From the IMG/VR virus record IMGVR_UViG_3300027782_000025, positions 124,001 to 188,000 of that record: DNA of 64,000 nucleotides, one strand, 5' to 3'. Both the position numbers and the translations under genes were made by a program. Shown piece after piece: positions 47,375-56,756 of the stretch. The notes beneath the pieces were generated by a model, which did not search any database, had not been told where the DNA came from, and saw nothing but the letters and a program-made list of their open reading frames with translations. Numbering within the stretch: the stretch's first letter is position 1; every line of letters begins with the position of its first letter.

Positions 47375-47788
47375 TTATTTCTCCTTGATTGTGTCAGATT
47401 GTAAACTATTAACAATCTTACTATCATATTTACCATTTTGTGCCATAGTCTGAATGATTAGACCTTCTACTTTCTCTCTTAAAATACCGCTGTCCTTTGC
47501 AAGAGCAGAAGTTTTTCGTTCGACTCTGTCAATGTCTGCTCTAATGGAAGACGTATCGCCGAATATCTTCGTTTGCAAGTCTGTTATCTTGTCTAAGCAA
47601 TGTTCCATGTTATCCAAGAAGCTCATGTGCCTATCCTTCATTGGCAGCACTACATTACAACCAAACCACCTTATGCCTTGCGCGACGAAATACGCAAAAG
47701 CTGCTAGAATACCCATTGGAATGCCAAATTTCTCTATAATACTAACCCAATCTGTATCGACCATGGAGAAAACCGAAGTGATATCCAT
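47375..47788 (-). CDS. Holin-like single-TM protein with a coiled coil
   Basis: Hydrophobic segment FGIPMGILAAFAYFVAQGI followed by an amphipathic helix; AGAGGA Shine-Dalgarno. Confidence 0.45.
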   Translation of the reverse strand: MDITSVFSMVDTDWVSIIEKFGIPMGILAAFAYFVAQGIRWFGCNVVLPMKDRHMSFLDNMEHCLDKITDLQTKIFGDTSSIRADIDRVERKTSALAKDSGILREKVEGLIIQTMAQNGKYDSKIVNSLQSDTIKEK

Positions 47789-47854
47789 TGATATATCCTC
47801 TTAGGGCCTATTTAAGTAAATTTGAATAGACTAAAAAAGGATAATAAAATAGTA

Positions 47855-48793
47855 TTAGATAGGCTCTAATTTAAGATGAGTAGCCAATTGGGTAATGCCT
47901 TTATAAGATTTTATAATATCAGCCTCTAATTTTTTATCGCCTCCAGCCAAAGCATTGGCGTCAGCTTTCCCAAACTTTTTATTCTTTTGAAGAGTGGGTA
48001 ATATATAATCACTATATATTTTATACAGTGCTGGAATATCCTTTTCTTCGAGGTCTACAGCACCTAAAATAGAATTAATTATCTTGTCATAAATCTGCAC
48101 AGCACCATCGATAGCTAATTTGGCAACTAAATCATTCTTACTTCGGCCGAACTTGCCAGAAGGACCTGCATCCATATAATCTTTTACGCCTTTAGCTTTA
48201 TCCTTTGCCCAGCCTGCCCAAGATCTCTTTGGTTTTTGGTCCGCTTCATCTTCATCTACGTCTTCATCCACATCTGTGGCTTCATTGATTGATTCTTTAA
48301 TGCTCTTGCTATTGTTTGCAGCATATTGTATGATCCATTTCTGGTTGTTTGGCTGAGTAATACCAACTGTCTTGAAGAAGGCCTGCCACCACTGGCTATT
48401 AAGAGAAGCTGAAGAATGCACAGTCGTGGTACCAGGAGCCAAATCCTCTTGCGATTGGCTAGCGTTAGAGATAAGGGCCTTAATTTGTGGTCCTAAATTC
48501 TTATTGAACTTCATTGACAAAATGCAGACTAGTTTTTCCGACTTATCCTCTGTCGTAAAGTGTGACAAAGCATTTGCTAGTATTCCAAATATGTTCAGGT
48601 TTCCACCAAAAGAATTATTAGTCGCACCGGTCGGTAAAAAATTATTTCCCTTTTTGGAAAATTTCGTAAAGAATTCGTCAAAATGAGTTTGGCAAAGAGC
48701 TAATTTAAACCCATATTTTCTTTCGAAGTCTTTTGGAGTGGTAGTTGGACTTTCGTAACAATTAGCGGCAGCACATACGCCTGAACTAGCCAT
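47855..48793 (-). CDS. Hypothetical protein
   Basis: 312 aa; acidic linker EATDVDEDVDEDEAD. Confidence 0.7.
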   Translation of the reverse strand: MASSGVCAAANCYESPTTTPKDFERKYGFKLALCQTHFDEFFTKFSKKGNNFLPTGATNNSFGGNLNIFGILANALSHFTTEDKSEKLVCILSMKFNKNLGPQIKALISNASQSQEDLAPGTTTVHSSASLNSQWWQAFFKTVGITQPNNQKWIIQYAANNSKSIKESINEATDVDEDVDEDEADQKPKRSWAGWAKDKAKGVKDYMDAGPSGKFGRSKNDLVAKLAIDGAVQIYDKIINSILGAVDLEEKDIPALYKIYSDYILPTLQKNKKFGKADANALAGGDKKLEADIIKSYKGITQLATHLKLEPI

Positions 48794-48804
48794 ATTTTTA
48801 TACC

Positions 48805-48999
48805 TTATTTAAACCAATGATCATCATGGCCATCAGGGATGATTATATTATCATCACCGATGAATCTGCGTTCGTCTCTGGCTGATAACTCGGTGTGGTC
48901 TCTTTTTTTCCTGCACTGTTTACAATATCTAACGCCAGGGTCATTACTGACGAGTGTCCCGTTACACCATCCTAAACATTTTACTTTTTTGCCTTTCAT
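48805..48999 (-). CDS. Small zinc-ribbon protein
   Basis: CLGWC...RYCKQC; start refined to MKGKKVKC. Confidence 0.6.
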   Translation of the reverse strand: MKGKKVKCLGWCNGTLVSNDPGVRYCKQCRKKRDHTELSARDERRFIGDDNIIIPDGHDDHWFK

Positions 49000-49015
49000 G
49001 ACTTCACCGTGTTCT

Positions 49016-49630
49016 TCAGAAGTCAATTATCTTGACTATTATATGTTTACTTTCGGCGTATTCCAAAGCATTCTCAGTAATACTTGGAGCCACTATATAT
49101 CCTACACATTTCTTATTTATAGCTGATAAATATTCAACGTATCTAATAGCTTGTGATACATTAGCTATAGAAGCTTTTTTTCTTTTAACCTCATAAGAAT
49201 GATAAATTGCAGAAGCGTCGATCCTTACAAGATCTATTAACCCCAAAGATTTTGTGTCATATTCTTCGATATACTCATCGTCTGGAAAATCAGCCTTTAA
49301 CTCACAAATCAGCTTTTGAACTAATTCGGCCTCAGTCCTAAGCATTAGTATTTTATTATCATGCCACTCAGCAGGGCTAAAAGAATGAATCATTTCACAT
49401 ATCGTTATCTTGATGGTTTCAGATCGATTTCTTGCAATTATGTTATTACTATCGAACTCTATCCTAGATCCTGCAGACATATAGTTGATCGGTTTAATAA
49501 GCCTAGAAGTATGAATCTGTAACGATGCATCGGACTTTATTATTATTAGATAAACACCGTTCGATAATTTGCTCAAACCCCTACCATCATACTCGACTGA
49601 ACAATTCGCTAAAATAATATGGCTTATCAA
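49016..49630 (-). CDS. nucS: Mismatch-specific endonuclease NucS/EndoMS homologue
   Basis: N-domain ANCSVEYDGRG...LIIIKSDASLQIH...KPINYM; nuclease domain EEY...GLIDLV...YEVKRKKA....VSQAIRY...GYIVAPSIT. Confidence 0.85.
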   Translation of the reverse strand: MISHIILANCSVEYDGRGLSKLSNGVYLIIIKSDASLQIHTSRLIKPINYMSAGSRIEFDSNNIIARNRSETIKITICEMIHSFSPAEWHDNKILMLRTEAELVQKLICELKADFPDDEYIEEYDTKSLGLIDLVRIDASAIYHSYEVKRKKASIANVSQAIRYVEYLSAINKKCVGYIVAPSITENALEYAESKHIIVKIIDF

Positions 49631-49641
49631 ATAAAAACCTC

Positions 49642-49661
49642 GGTAAATAAGAGTATTTACC
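49642..49661. promoter_or_regulatory. Perfect 8-bp inverted repeat GGTAAATA-agag-TATTTACC between divergent genes
   Basis: Read directly from the sequence; each arm carries TAAATA facing one of the two divergent genes. Confidence 0.55.
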
Positions 49662-49679
49662 TCTAACTAGGAGATCGCG

Positions 49680-50045
49680 ATGGACAAGGCTTTAATGCAA
49701 AAAATGTTTATAAAACTTTTCTCTACTAGGCAAATAGCACACGTCGAACATCTAAAAACGGACATGTTCTCGGCGCATATCGCACTTAACGAATTGTATG
49801 ATGAATTATTAGGGTTAACAGATGAGTTAATAGAAACGTACCAAGGGCAATTTGGCCTGATTGAACCTATCGATAAATTATTCTTAGAATATGTTGACAT
49901 TATCGAGTATCTTGAATCATTTGCCTCAGAAGTAGCGAGAATTTCAGAAAAAATGCCGGAAGGATGCGGTCATCTTGGAAACATTATGCAAGAGATAGGC
50001 TCTTTAATGTATAAGACGATTTATAAACTAAAATATTTAAAGTAA
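49680..50045 (+). CDS. Ferritin-like four-helix protein (DUF5856-like)
   Basis: HVEHLKT..FSAHIALNELYDEL..LTDELIETYQG...IYKLKYL; AGGAG Shine-Dalgarno. Confidence 0.75.
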   Translation: MDKALMQKMFIKLFSTRQIAHVEHLKTDMFSAHIALNELYDELLGLTDELIETYQGQFGLIEPIDKLFLEYVDIIEYLESFASEVARISEKMPEGCGHLGNIMQEIGSLMYKTIYKLKYLK

Positions 50046-50597
50046 TTAAATACCCATTGCCGTGCGGCCAAAGAACTGATTTGGCATACCCATCATGGTC
50101 TGTCGTGCGGCATATGGCTCACCAGGTTGCTTTGGCATCCTATTTGGTGCTCCTAACACGACGTAGCCTGATTCATGCGCTGCGAGAACATCCGTTATGA
50201 ATTTAATTATTTTAAATACCGTCGTTTGACGCCTAGCACCAGACATGCCATTTGCTGATTTCGTGATAATACCAGATTTAATTTGCCTAGCTAAATCATT
50301 TAAATTATTATGAAATGTCTCACCTAAAAACATTCTCTTATTGCCAAGAACAAATAAATTCCAGCCAATGATAGCTCTGCCTAATGATGTATCAATCTCA
50401 GAGGCGTATGGCACCACCTCGACTTTATTTATTAGGCAAATGTCAGGATCAAAGGGTAAATCCTGTAAAAGAGGAGGATATACTAATCTATCAAACGAAT
50501 CGACAAATCCTTTCCCGATAAAATAGCGAATCAGTTTTCGCCTCACCGTTTCGGTGTTTGCAAAGTGCTTGATCAGATCTATGTCTTGTGTGTCCAT
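50046..50597 (-). CDS. Hypothetical protein
   Basis: 183-aa ORF abutting the gp46-like gene. Confidence 0.7.
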   Translation of the reverse strand: MDTQDIDLIKHFANTETVRRKLIRYFIGKGFVDSFDRLVYPPLLQDLPFDPDICLINKVEVVPYASEIDTSLGRAIIGWNLFVLGNKRMFLGETFHNNLNDLARQIKSGIITKSANGMSGARRQTTVFKIIKFITDVLAAHESGYVVLGAPNRMPKQPGEPYAARQTMMGMPNQFFGRTAMGI

Positions 50598-50607
50598 ATA
50601 TTTATAT

Positions 50608-52422
50608 TTAATTCCCAGATAGTATAGAAAATCTGTTAATTCTTTTTACCTTCAATTCCCTATCAAAAACATCAAACATTTGGTTACGGTGTGAAATAAT
50701 TAATATATTGTCGATCCTAGATGACAAATCATTTCTAATAATGCTAATAAGGCCTTCGATACCATCTTCATCCATCCTGCCATCGACCTCATCTAGTACC
50801 ATCAGATTACACTGTCTACCATACATTACTTCATAAAAATCATAAGATGCAAGCATGAAAGCAAGATCAGTTCTTTTCCTTTCGCCGCCTGACTGATATT
50901 CATAACCCCACATATTACTTGTTATCCTAAGGTCATTTTCGATCTTTATCTTAATGTCTAGACCAAGTATACCCAAATAATGTTCTAATCTTGAATTAAT
51001 ATATGGCAAGTGTTCTTCGCACATAAAGCTTTTAACCTTATTCCTATCATTATATGATTTGTATAAATAGGTATAATGCTTGTCTAAAACTGTAATGTCT
51101 TCTAAATCACTACTATGCTTTACAATATTGGCTAGAATGTCTTTAAGTCTACCATCCAACCGCTCAATGATGGTTTGATTTGGGTCGCAATCCGTTTCTG
51201 CTTCTGTCCTTAATAATGTTAACCTTTTAATCTCAGCTTTATAATTTAGAACTATTGTCGAAAGATTATTAGCTTCCATGATCGTTATGTTAGGAATTTT
51301 TGTGGCCAGCATCGCCTCATATTTTTTGATAACCTTGTTGCTTTCTTCTCTGGCAGCCGAAGCATCTAGCAGCTGTGTGTTAAATATCGATAATTCTTTT
51401 TCTATCTTATCTAAATTGTTAGTTATCATACTTGAAGGTATAGACTGTTGGCAAGCAACGCAACTCTTACCCTGTAGCTTATTAACCTCATCACGCCGCT
51501 TTTTTAAAACAGATAGATTAGATTCTATCGTGGCAATCGTCCTAAAGTGCCCAGCATCTTCAGACTTCAATCTGTCTATCTCGGCTTTAATCTTTTCTAT
51601 CAATCTCCATTTTTCAGTTAATTTGTCGATGTCAGGAATAGTTATACTACCGATTTTTCCATTTATAGTTTCGATCATGGAATCAATATCAGAAATCCTT
51701 TTAGCTCTTTTGATCTCATAAGCGCCACTTTCTTCACGATAAGACTCGATATCACTTATCGTTCTATCTCTATTGGCTTCAAGGTCTGTGATTTTAGATT
51801 TAATATTTGTGAATAGGAATTGGGCATTATCGGATTTAGCTTTTGCTATCTTGGCGTAAAAACTAAACCTATCGACTCTTAGTATTTTTTCAAGAGCTTT
51901 TTTCCTAGCCACCTCGCTCATTTCCATCCAAGACCGACCATATTGATTAAAGAAAACACTGCCACAAAATATGTCATAATCGAGGTTAAAAGTCTTATTC
52001 AACTGCGATTGCATAGCTTTAGATGTAGAAACAGTGTCGGCGGATATCCTTGTCTCGTCGCCATCTCTACTAAATAACACTTCTGTAGTGCCACCTTTTT
52101 GTCTTCGCCTTATAATCTGATCACCATTTTTAAAATCGATAATCACTTCACAGGTCTTGCCGGTAAAGTGATTAATTATAGAATCACCAGCCGATGAAGC
52201 GTGCATAGTTCGACCAAACAGTCCCCACAGCACGACATTTGGAATTGAGCTCTTACCTGAACCATTTGATTTGCGAATGTCTTCTGAACCGACTTGAGTC
52301 GAATTCCCAGTATCTATTTCACCTGTAATCAGACAACTCCCAGGGTCTTCAAGCGATAGCACCGATTCATAATCACCATAAGATAAAAAATTGCGCCACT
52401 TTACCGATTTGATTTCCAACAT
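50608..52422 (-). CDS. Recombination ATPase, T4 gp46 / SbcC / Rad50-like
   Basis: WRNFLSYG, Walker A SNGSGKSS, coiled coil with CVAC zinc hook, signature SGGERKR, Walker B LMVLDEVD, H-loop IISH. Confidence 0.93.
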   Translation of the reverse strand: MLEIKSVKWRNFLSYGDYESVLSLEDPGSCLITGEIDTGNSTQVGSEDIRKSNGSGKSSIPNVVLWGLFGRTMHASSAGDSIINHFTGKTCEVIIDFKNGDQIIRRRQKGGTTEVLFSRDGDETRISADTVSTSKAMQSQLNKTFNLDYDIFCGSVFFNQYGRSWMEMSEVARKKALEKILRVDRFSFYAKIAKAKSDNAQFLFTNIKSKITDLEANRDRTISDIESYREESGAYEIKRAKRISDIDSMIETINGKIGSITIPDIDKLTEKWRLIEKIKAEIDRLKSEDAGHFRTIATIESNLSVLKKRRDEVNKLQGKSCVACQQSIPSSMITNNLDKIEKELSIFNTQLLDASAAREESNKVIKKYEAMLATKIPNITIMEANNLSTIVLNYKAEIKRLTLLRTEAETDCDPNQTIIERLDGRLKDILANIVKHSSDLEDITVLDKHYTYLYKSYNDRNKVKSFMCEEHLPYINSRLEHYLGILGLDIKIKIENDLRITSNMWGYEYQSGGERKRTDLAFMLASYDFYEVMYGRQCNLMVLDEVDGRMDEDGIEGLISIIRNDLSSRIDNILIISHRNQMFDVFDRELKVKRINRFSILSGN

Positions 52423-53175
52423 TTATACAAGTTCTTTCATAAAATTCGGATGTGATTTAATATAATCAGGTAGAGTATTCTTGTCTATAGCTTCAGCATT
52501 CCAAATACCATTTGCTACTGGATGAAGATTTTGTATCTGATTTTCTGGCGTCCAACCATAATACACATCTTTTAACCAATTCGTACGTAATTCGTCCTTA
52601 TGACCATGACAAAGATATTTGTATTCCATCACTTCTTTACGCTGACAAGTGCCAAAATGATATATCTTAGTCGGCAAGCCATGTCCTTGGCCACCTGATC
52701 TTCTAAGATTAAACATCCTAATGGGGCTGAAACCATCTTTAACAACGTGGTTAAATGATCTCCAAAAATTGATATAATTGGATGTCCCATAAAGTCTATG
52801 TGGACCATCATAAGCCATTTTGACACCTTCCATAAAGGTTTCTTTATCTATGACTTCATCAGAATCAGCAGTAACGATCATATCGTAACCGGCCACATGA
52901 TTATAAACAGAGTGTCTATGAGATGCTTCCCTAGGATAAGAATCTGCTTCTTCCCATATCAGTTTATCACCAAGATTCTTGTGTGCTATATTAAAAATAG
53001 AGTCTCTTGAGTCTGGACATTGTACCAATTTACCATTAAAAAGTGGAATGTGACCGTGTGATGCCTTCTTTGAATATGATACATAAACCTTATCACAGAA
53101 AGGTTTTAAAGAATCTAAACATAAGTCTAAATATTCTGCGCCATAGTGAAGTGGTACAAAGCCGAGTATTTTCAT
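52423..53175 (-). CDS. GT-A fold glycosyltransferase (GT2-like)
   Basis: ILGFVPLHYGAEYL, DxD-like ADSDE, IYHFG. Confidence 0.75.
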   Translation of the reverse strand: MKILGFVPLHYGAEYLDLCLDSLKPFCDKVYVSYSKKASHGHIPLFNGKLVQCPDSRDSIFNIAHKNLGDKLIWEEADSYPREASHRHSVYNHVAGYDMIVTADSDEVIDKETFMEGVKMAYDGPHRLYGTSNYINFWRSFNHVVKDGFSPIRMFNLRRSGGQGHGLPTKIYHFGTCQRKEVMEYKYLCHGHKDELRTNWLKDVYYGWTPENQIQNLHPVANGIWNAEAIDKNTLPDYIKSHPNFMKELV

Positions 53176-53183
53176 GATGATCC

Positions 53184-53212
53184 TTGACGTGAGGAAAAAA
53201 CTAACTTATAAT
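53184..53212 (+). promoter_or_regulatory. Near-consensus sigma70 promoter
   Basis: TTGACG (53184-53189), a 17-nt spacer, then TATAAT (53207-53212), facing the + strand glycan genes. Confidence 0.75.
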
Positions 53213-53442
53213 TATAATACACCAGTGTTTATTCTACAATAGCGTTAACTATCGCAGGCATATGGTAATTACCACTCGATTTTCAATAAGTTATCGTCTA
53301 CAAGAATGAAACCGCTCTAGGAAATCTCAGAGATCATAGCCGTAAATACATCTCTTGGTTCGTAAATATATTACTTTGTTTTTTGATGCTGATTACAGGC
53401 AAAGCTGCCACCATTAGATCTTTTAGTAGGAAAGCATTTATA

Positions 53443-54189
53443 ATGAAAAAGTTTAATACGGCCTTAGTATGCACAGCCAAGAATGAAGATAATTATATAC
53501 AAGAATGGGTTGAATACTATATTAAACTTGGATTCGATAAAATATTCATATACCAAAATGATTGGAGATGTAGTTATGAGCATCCGGATGTTATAAAATA
53601 TGAATTAGACGGCTACGGTAAACAATTTGAAGTTTATAATACATTTATACAAAAACATCATGATGAATTCGAATGGGCCGCTTTCTTTGATGTCGATGAG
53701 TTTTTAGTCTTAAAAAGACATTCTAATATTAATGAATTTCTGGAAGAGTATAAACAATACCCAGCGATAGGCATAAGCTGGTATTTTTTTGGCGCAAACG
53801 GCCATGAAGTCATAGTAAACGATAATTACAGCGTTATTGATAGATTCACTAAGAGGAATGAAAGTCTTGATCTATATTTTAAATCAATAGTTAAATTAGA
53901 CAAAGATATGATTATGACTGCTCATAACAGAGTGGGTACGACATACTTTACAAATGGAATAGAAATAATAGACAAAGGTAGTGCTGAAGGTGGTACAGCT
54001 GAAGCCGCTCAATTAAACCACTATTTCGTTAAGACCATAGGAGAATTCGAGAAGAAGGTCGCAAGAGGGATGCCAAACCTAACACCAGACCACCCAGAAT
54101 ATATAAGGCCGATGAGTTATTTTAACCATCATAATAACAACGAGACTGAAGACCTCTTAGCATATAATTTTAAGCATGATATAAAATGA
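53443..54189 (+). CDS. Glycosyltransferase (GT92 / GT2_4-like)
   Basis: CTAKNEDNYIQEWVEYY..LGFDKIFIY, WAAFFDVDEFL, LNHYFVKT; start refined to 53443. Confidence 0.85.
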   Translation: MKKFNTALVCTAKNEDNYIQEWVEYYIKLGFDKIFIYQNDWRCSYEHPDVIKYELDGYGKQFEVYNTFIQKHHDEFEWAAFFDVDEFLVLKRHSNINEFLEEYKQYPAIGISWYFFGANGHEVIVNDNYSVIDRFTKRNESLDLYFKSIVKLDKDMIMTAHNRVGTTYFTNGIEIIDKGSAEGGTAEAAQLNHYFVKTIGEFEKKVARGMPNLTPDHPEYIRPMSYFNHHNNNETEDLLAYNFKHDIK

Positions 54190-54227
54190 CTATGATTTTT
54201 TTTTAAATATACAAAGCGAACATTATT

Positions 54228-54235
54228 TATAAATA
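54228..54235 (+). promoter_or_regulatory. T4-late-like promoter TATAAATA
   Basis: Exact TATAAATA 15 nt upstream of the FkbM ATG. Confidence 0.45.
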
Positions 54236-54250
54236 AACAGAGAGATCACT

Positions 54251-54832
54251 ATGAATCTTGTGCAAATTGGCGCAAACCGCGGTAACGACCATGTTACGGT
54301 ATTAATAAAAAACCATGAAATGCCATTCGATAAAATAATATTAGTCGAACCTATCATATATGTTTTAGAAAGACTAGCAAACTGCTATAAAGACTTAAAT
54401 AATGTTTTTATCGAAAACTGCATAATAAGTAACTCGCTAAAAAAGACCGAAACCATATACTTTCATCACGGCTATGATTATGAAACTAGCACACTAAACA
54501 GTAAGCATTTAATCGATCACGGATGTCCGGAAGATAGAATAGTGTCAAATGAAGTATCAAATATGACTTTAACAGACTTATTATCTAAACATAATATCAA
54601 ATTCATAAATTATCTATTCATCGATGCTGAGGGACAAGACATCGATATTCTTATGAGTCTAGATCTTGCTATAACACCTGTTGATTATATCCACTTCGAA
54701 ATTGCACATTCAGACGGTGTTTTTAAGCGTGGGCCTAAATTTGATGGTGTCTGTGCATATTTAAAAAACTTAGGCTATGAGCTTGCAATAACCGATACCG
54801 ATCTAACAGCAAAAAAGGCAATCACATGTTAG
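54251..54832 (+). CDS. FkbM-family SAM methyltransferase
   Basis: VQIGANRG, LVEP, TLTDLL..H.I..I.YLFIDAEGQDIDIL, IHFE. Confidence 0.88.
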   Translation: MNLVQIGANRGNDHVTVLIKNHEMPFDKIILVEPIIYVLERLANCYKDLNNVFIENCIISNSLKKTETIYFHHGYDYETSTLNSKHLIDHGCPEDRIVSNEVSNMTLTDLLSKHNIKFINYLFIDAEGQDIDILMSLDLAITPVDYIHFEIAHSDGVFKRGPKFDGVCAYLKNLGYELAITDTDLTAKKAITC

Positions 54833-55632
54833 CATGTAATATCTATGTCGACAACCAACAAGTTATAGAATACCCTGTATCATATATTATGCGTAATCTA
54901 ACTTTTGTAGACCAATTCATGGTATATGGTGGTGACGATATCAGTTACAATATTCTAAAAGATACTCTAAGTAATACGCCTAAAGTGCAAATTATAAACA
55001 TCGATAAAAAGATTAAGAATCCTCAAGACATAGCAGCAGCCCAGAATAAATGTCTGGAAAATACTTTTAATATGCTCAAACCAGATTTCATACTATCATT
55101 ACAGGCCGACATCTTGTTTAGTATTGAAGGTATTAGACAGATCCATGAATATATTTCTAATCCAACGGCGAGCAGCCTCTGTTTTAAAATCCAACACGTT
55201 AAACTATATATTAAATGCGGCATTTCCCACTTTGGTGCTGTTTTGCTAAATAGGGATTGTAAAGAAAGGTTTGTGCAGGATGGTGCCTATTTGTCTGCAG
55301 ACCCCCATAACAACGAGAATTATAAACACCATGACAATATCGCGTGCCATGATATAGGCTATTTATCGCCACAGATATGGGCAAAGAAATTAAAGCAGCA
55401 TGCTAAAACGTGGGGGTCGCCAAGCGCACTGGCAGACGCAATAAAATATGACGATAGTAATAAACTTGAATTCATCCTTAAATATAGCAAATACGTAAAA
55501 AAATTAGTCGGCTGCTTTGGGTTATTAAATAAAGAAGTCGATGCCGAATGGTATACGGTGATTGAAGATTTCGGTTTAGTCGAAGACTGGAAAGCGACAG
55601 TCGATATATTGAAAGAAGATTTTTGCAAGTAA
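54826..55632 (+). CDS. GT-A-like glycosyltransferase (divergent)
   Basis: FILSLQADILF in a DxD-like position, CHDIGY; island context. Confidence 0.55.
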   Translation: MLACNIYVDNQQVIEYPVSYIMRNLTFVDQFMVYGGDDISYNILKDTLSNTPKVQIINIDKKIKNPQDIAAAQNKCLENTFNMLKPDFILSLQADILFSIEGIRQIHEYISNPTASSLCFKIQHVKLYIKCGISHFGAVLLNRDCKERFVQDGAYLSADPHNNENYKHHDNIACHDIGYLSPQIWAKKLKQHAKTWGSPSALADAIKYDDSNKLEFILKYSKYVKKLVGCFGLLNKEVDAEWYTVIEDFGLVEDWKATVDILKEDFCK

Positions 55633-55662
55633 TTATCTTTATCATAAATATAGGGAAAAGAA

Positions 55663-56169
55663 GTGGGCGATTTAAAAATAGGGCAAGGATCATATGAAAG
55701 CATTATTAGACGTGGGACCCTTAATAGCATAACGATAGGAAATTATAGCTCTATAGCCGATGGCTGTATCTGCGATGGTGGTTTTGGCCATAACACTAAG
55801 TTTATCACGACTTATCCATTAAATGAAAAGCTAAAGAATTGTGCTCATCTAGCCGGTCACCCAGTATGTAGAGGAGATATACACATCGGAAACGATGTGT
55901 GGATAGGCGAAGGATGCATGATAATGAGCGGTGTTACAATAGGCGATGGTGCCGTGGTCGGGGCTAGATCTATAGTAACAAAAGATATTCAGCCATATAG
56001 CATAGTTGTCGGATCGCCGGCCAATATAACGAGGAAAAGATTTACAGACGAACAGATAAATAGACTATTAGATATTAAATGGTGGAATTGGAATGAACAA
56101 AAGATAATCGACAATGCTCATCTGCTGATGAGTGAAGATATTAACAGTTTTATAACAGCACACTCATAA
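55663..56169 (+). CDS. Hexapeptide-repeat O-acetyltransferase (CatB/Vat-like)
   Basis: IGNYSSIA, IHIGNDVWIG, GVTIGDGAVVGARSIVTKD..PYSIVVGSPA, RF......LL.IKWW.W. Confidence 0.92.
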   Translation: MGDLKIGQGSYESIIRRGTLNSITIGNYSSIADGCICDGGFGHNTKFITTYPLNEKLKNCAHLAGHPVCRGDIHIGNDVWIGEGCMIMSGVTIGDGAVVGARSIVTKDIQPYSIVVGSPANITRKRFTDEQINRLLDIKWWNWNEQKIIDNAHLLMSEDINSFITAHS

Positions 56170-56178
56170 GGGAATGAA

Positions 56179-56739
56179 ATGAAGCAAATCGTAAAGAATC
56201 TATTAGCGATGACTAAGAGTGCAATGTCTGATACCGACATCTCTAGAGATCTAGATAAAATCGACGGTTCATTCACTGCGGTGTATCAAGCACCAGCAGG
56301 GGTAGAACATTATAGATTATTATCATATATTAGTAGGCAAGTCAGCGGCAGCCAAATATTAGATGTAGGAACATATCGAGGGTATTCAGCGATAGCACTA
56401 AGCAATAACCTAAATAATAAAATTATTTCTTACGACATCCAGAAGCACCATACACAAGAAAATACAAGTAACACCGAATATAGAATCGGCGAAGCAACAA
56501 AATTCGAAGATTTCAAGAATACCTCAATTATTCTATTAGACACGTTTCATGATGGAGTCTACGAAGAATTATTCATAAACCATCTAAGGTCAATCAAGTG
56601 GGCAGGTTTACTAATAATGGATGATATTACTGAATTCCCTGAACTAAGAATTTTATTCAATAAATTGCCAGAAGAGAAGTATGACATATCTCATATAGGC
56701 CATTGGTCTGGGACTGGACTCGTGGTATTCGATAACTAA
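56179..56739 (+). CDS. Class I SAM methyltransferase
   Basis: ILDVGTYRGYSAIAL, ILLDTFHDG, LIMDDI. Confidence 0.8.
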   Translation: MKQIVKNLLAMTKSAMSDTDISRDLDKIDGSFTAVYQAPAGVEHYRLLSYISRQVSGSQILDVGTYRGYSAIALSNNLNNKIISYDIQKHHTQENTSNTEYRIGEATKFEDFKNTSIILLDTFHDGVYEELFINHLRSIKWAGLLIMDDITEFPELRILFNKLPEEKYDISHIGHWSGTGLVVFDN

Positions 56740-56756
56740 AACCTAAAGCGAGTTAA

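Noticed and set aside
49680-50045. MazZ/MazG identity for the all-alpha protein
   Set aside because: The pattern fits a ferritin-like bundle and I could not place the MazG ExxD motif; kept only as something to exclude experimentally.
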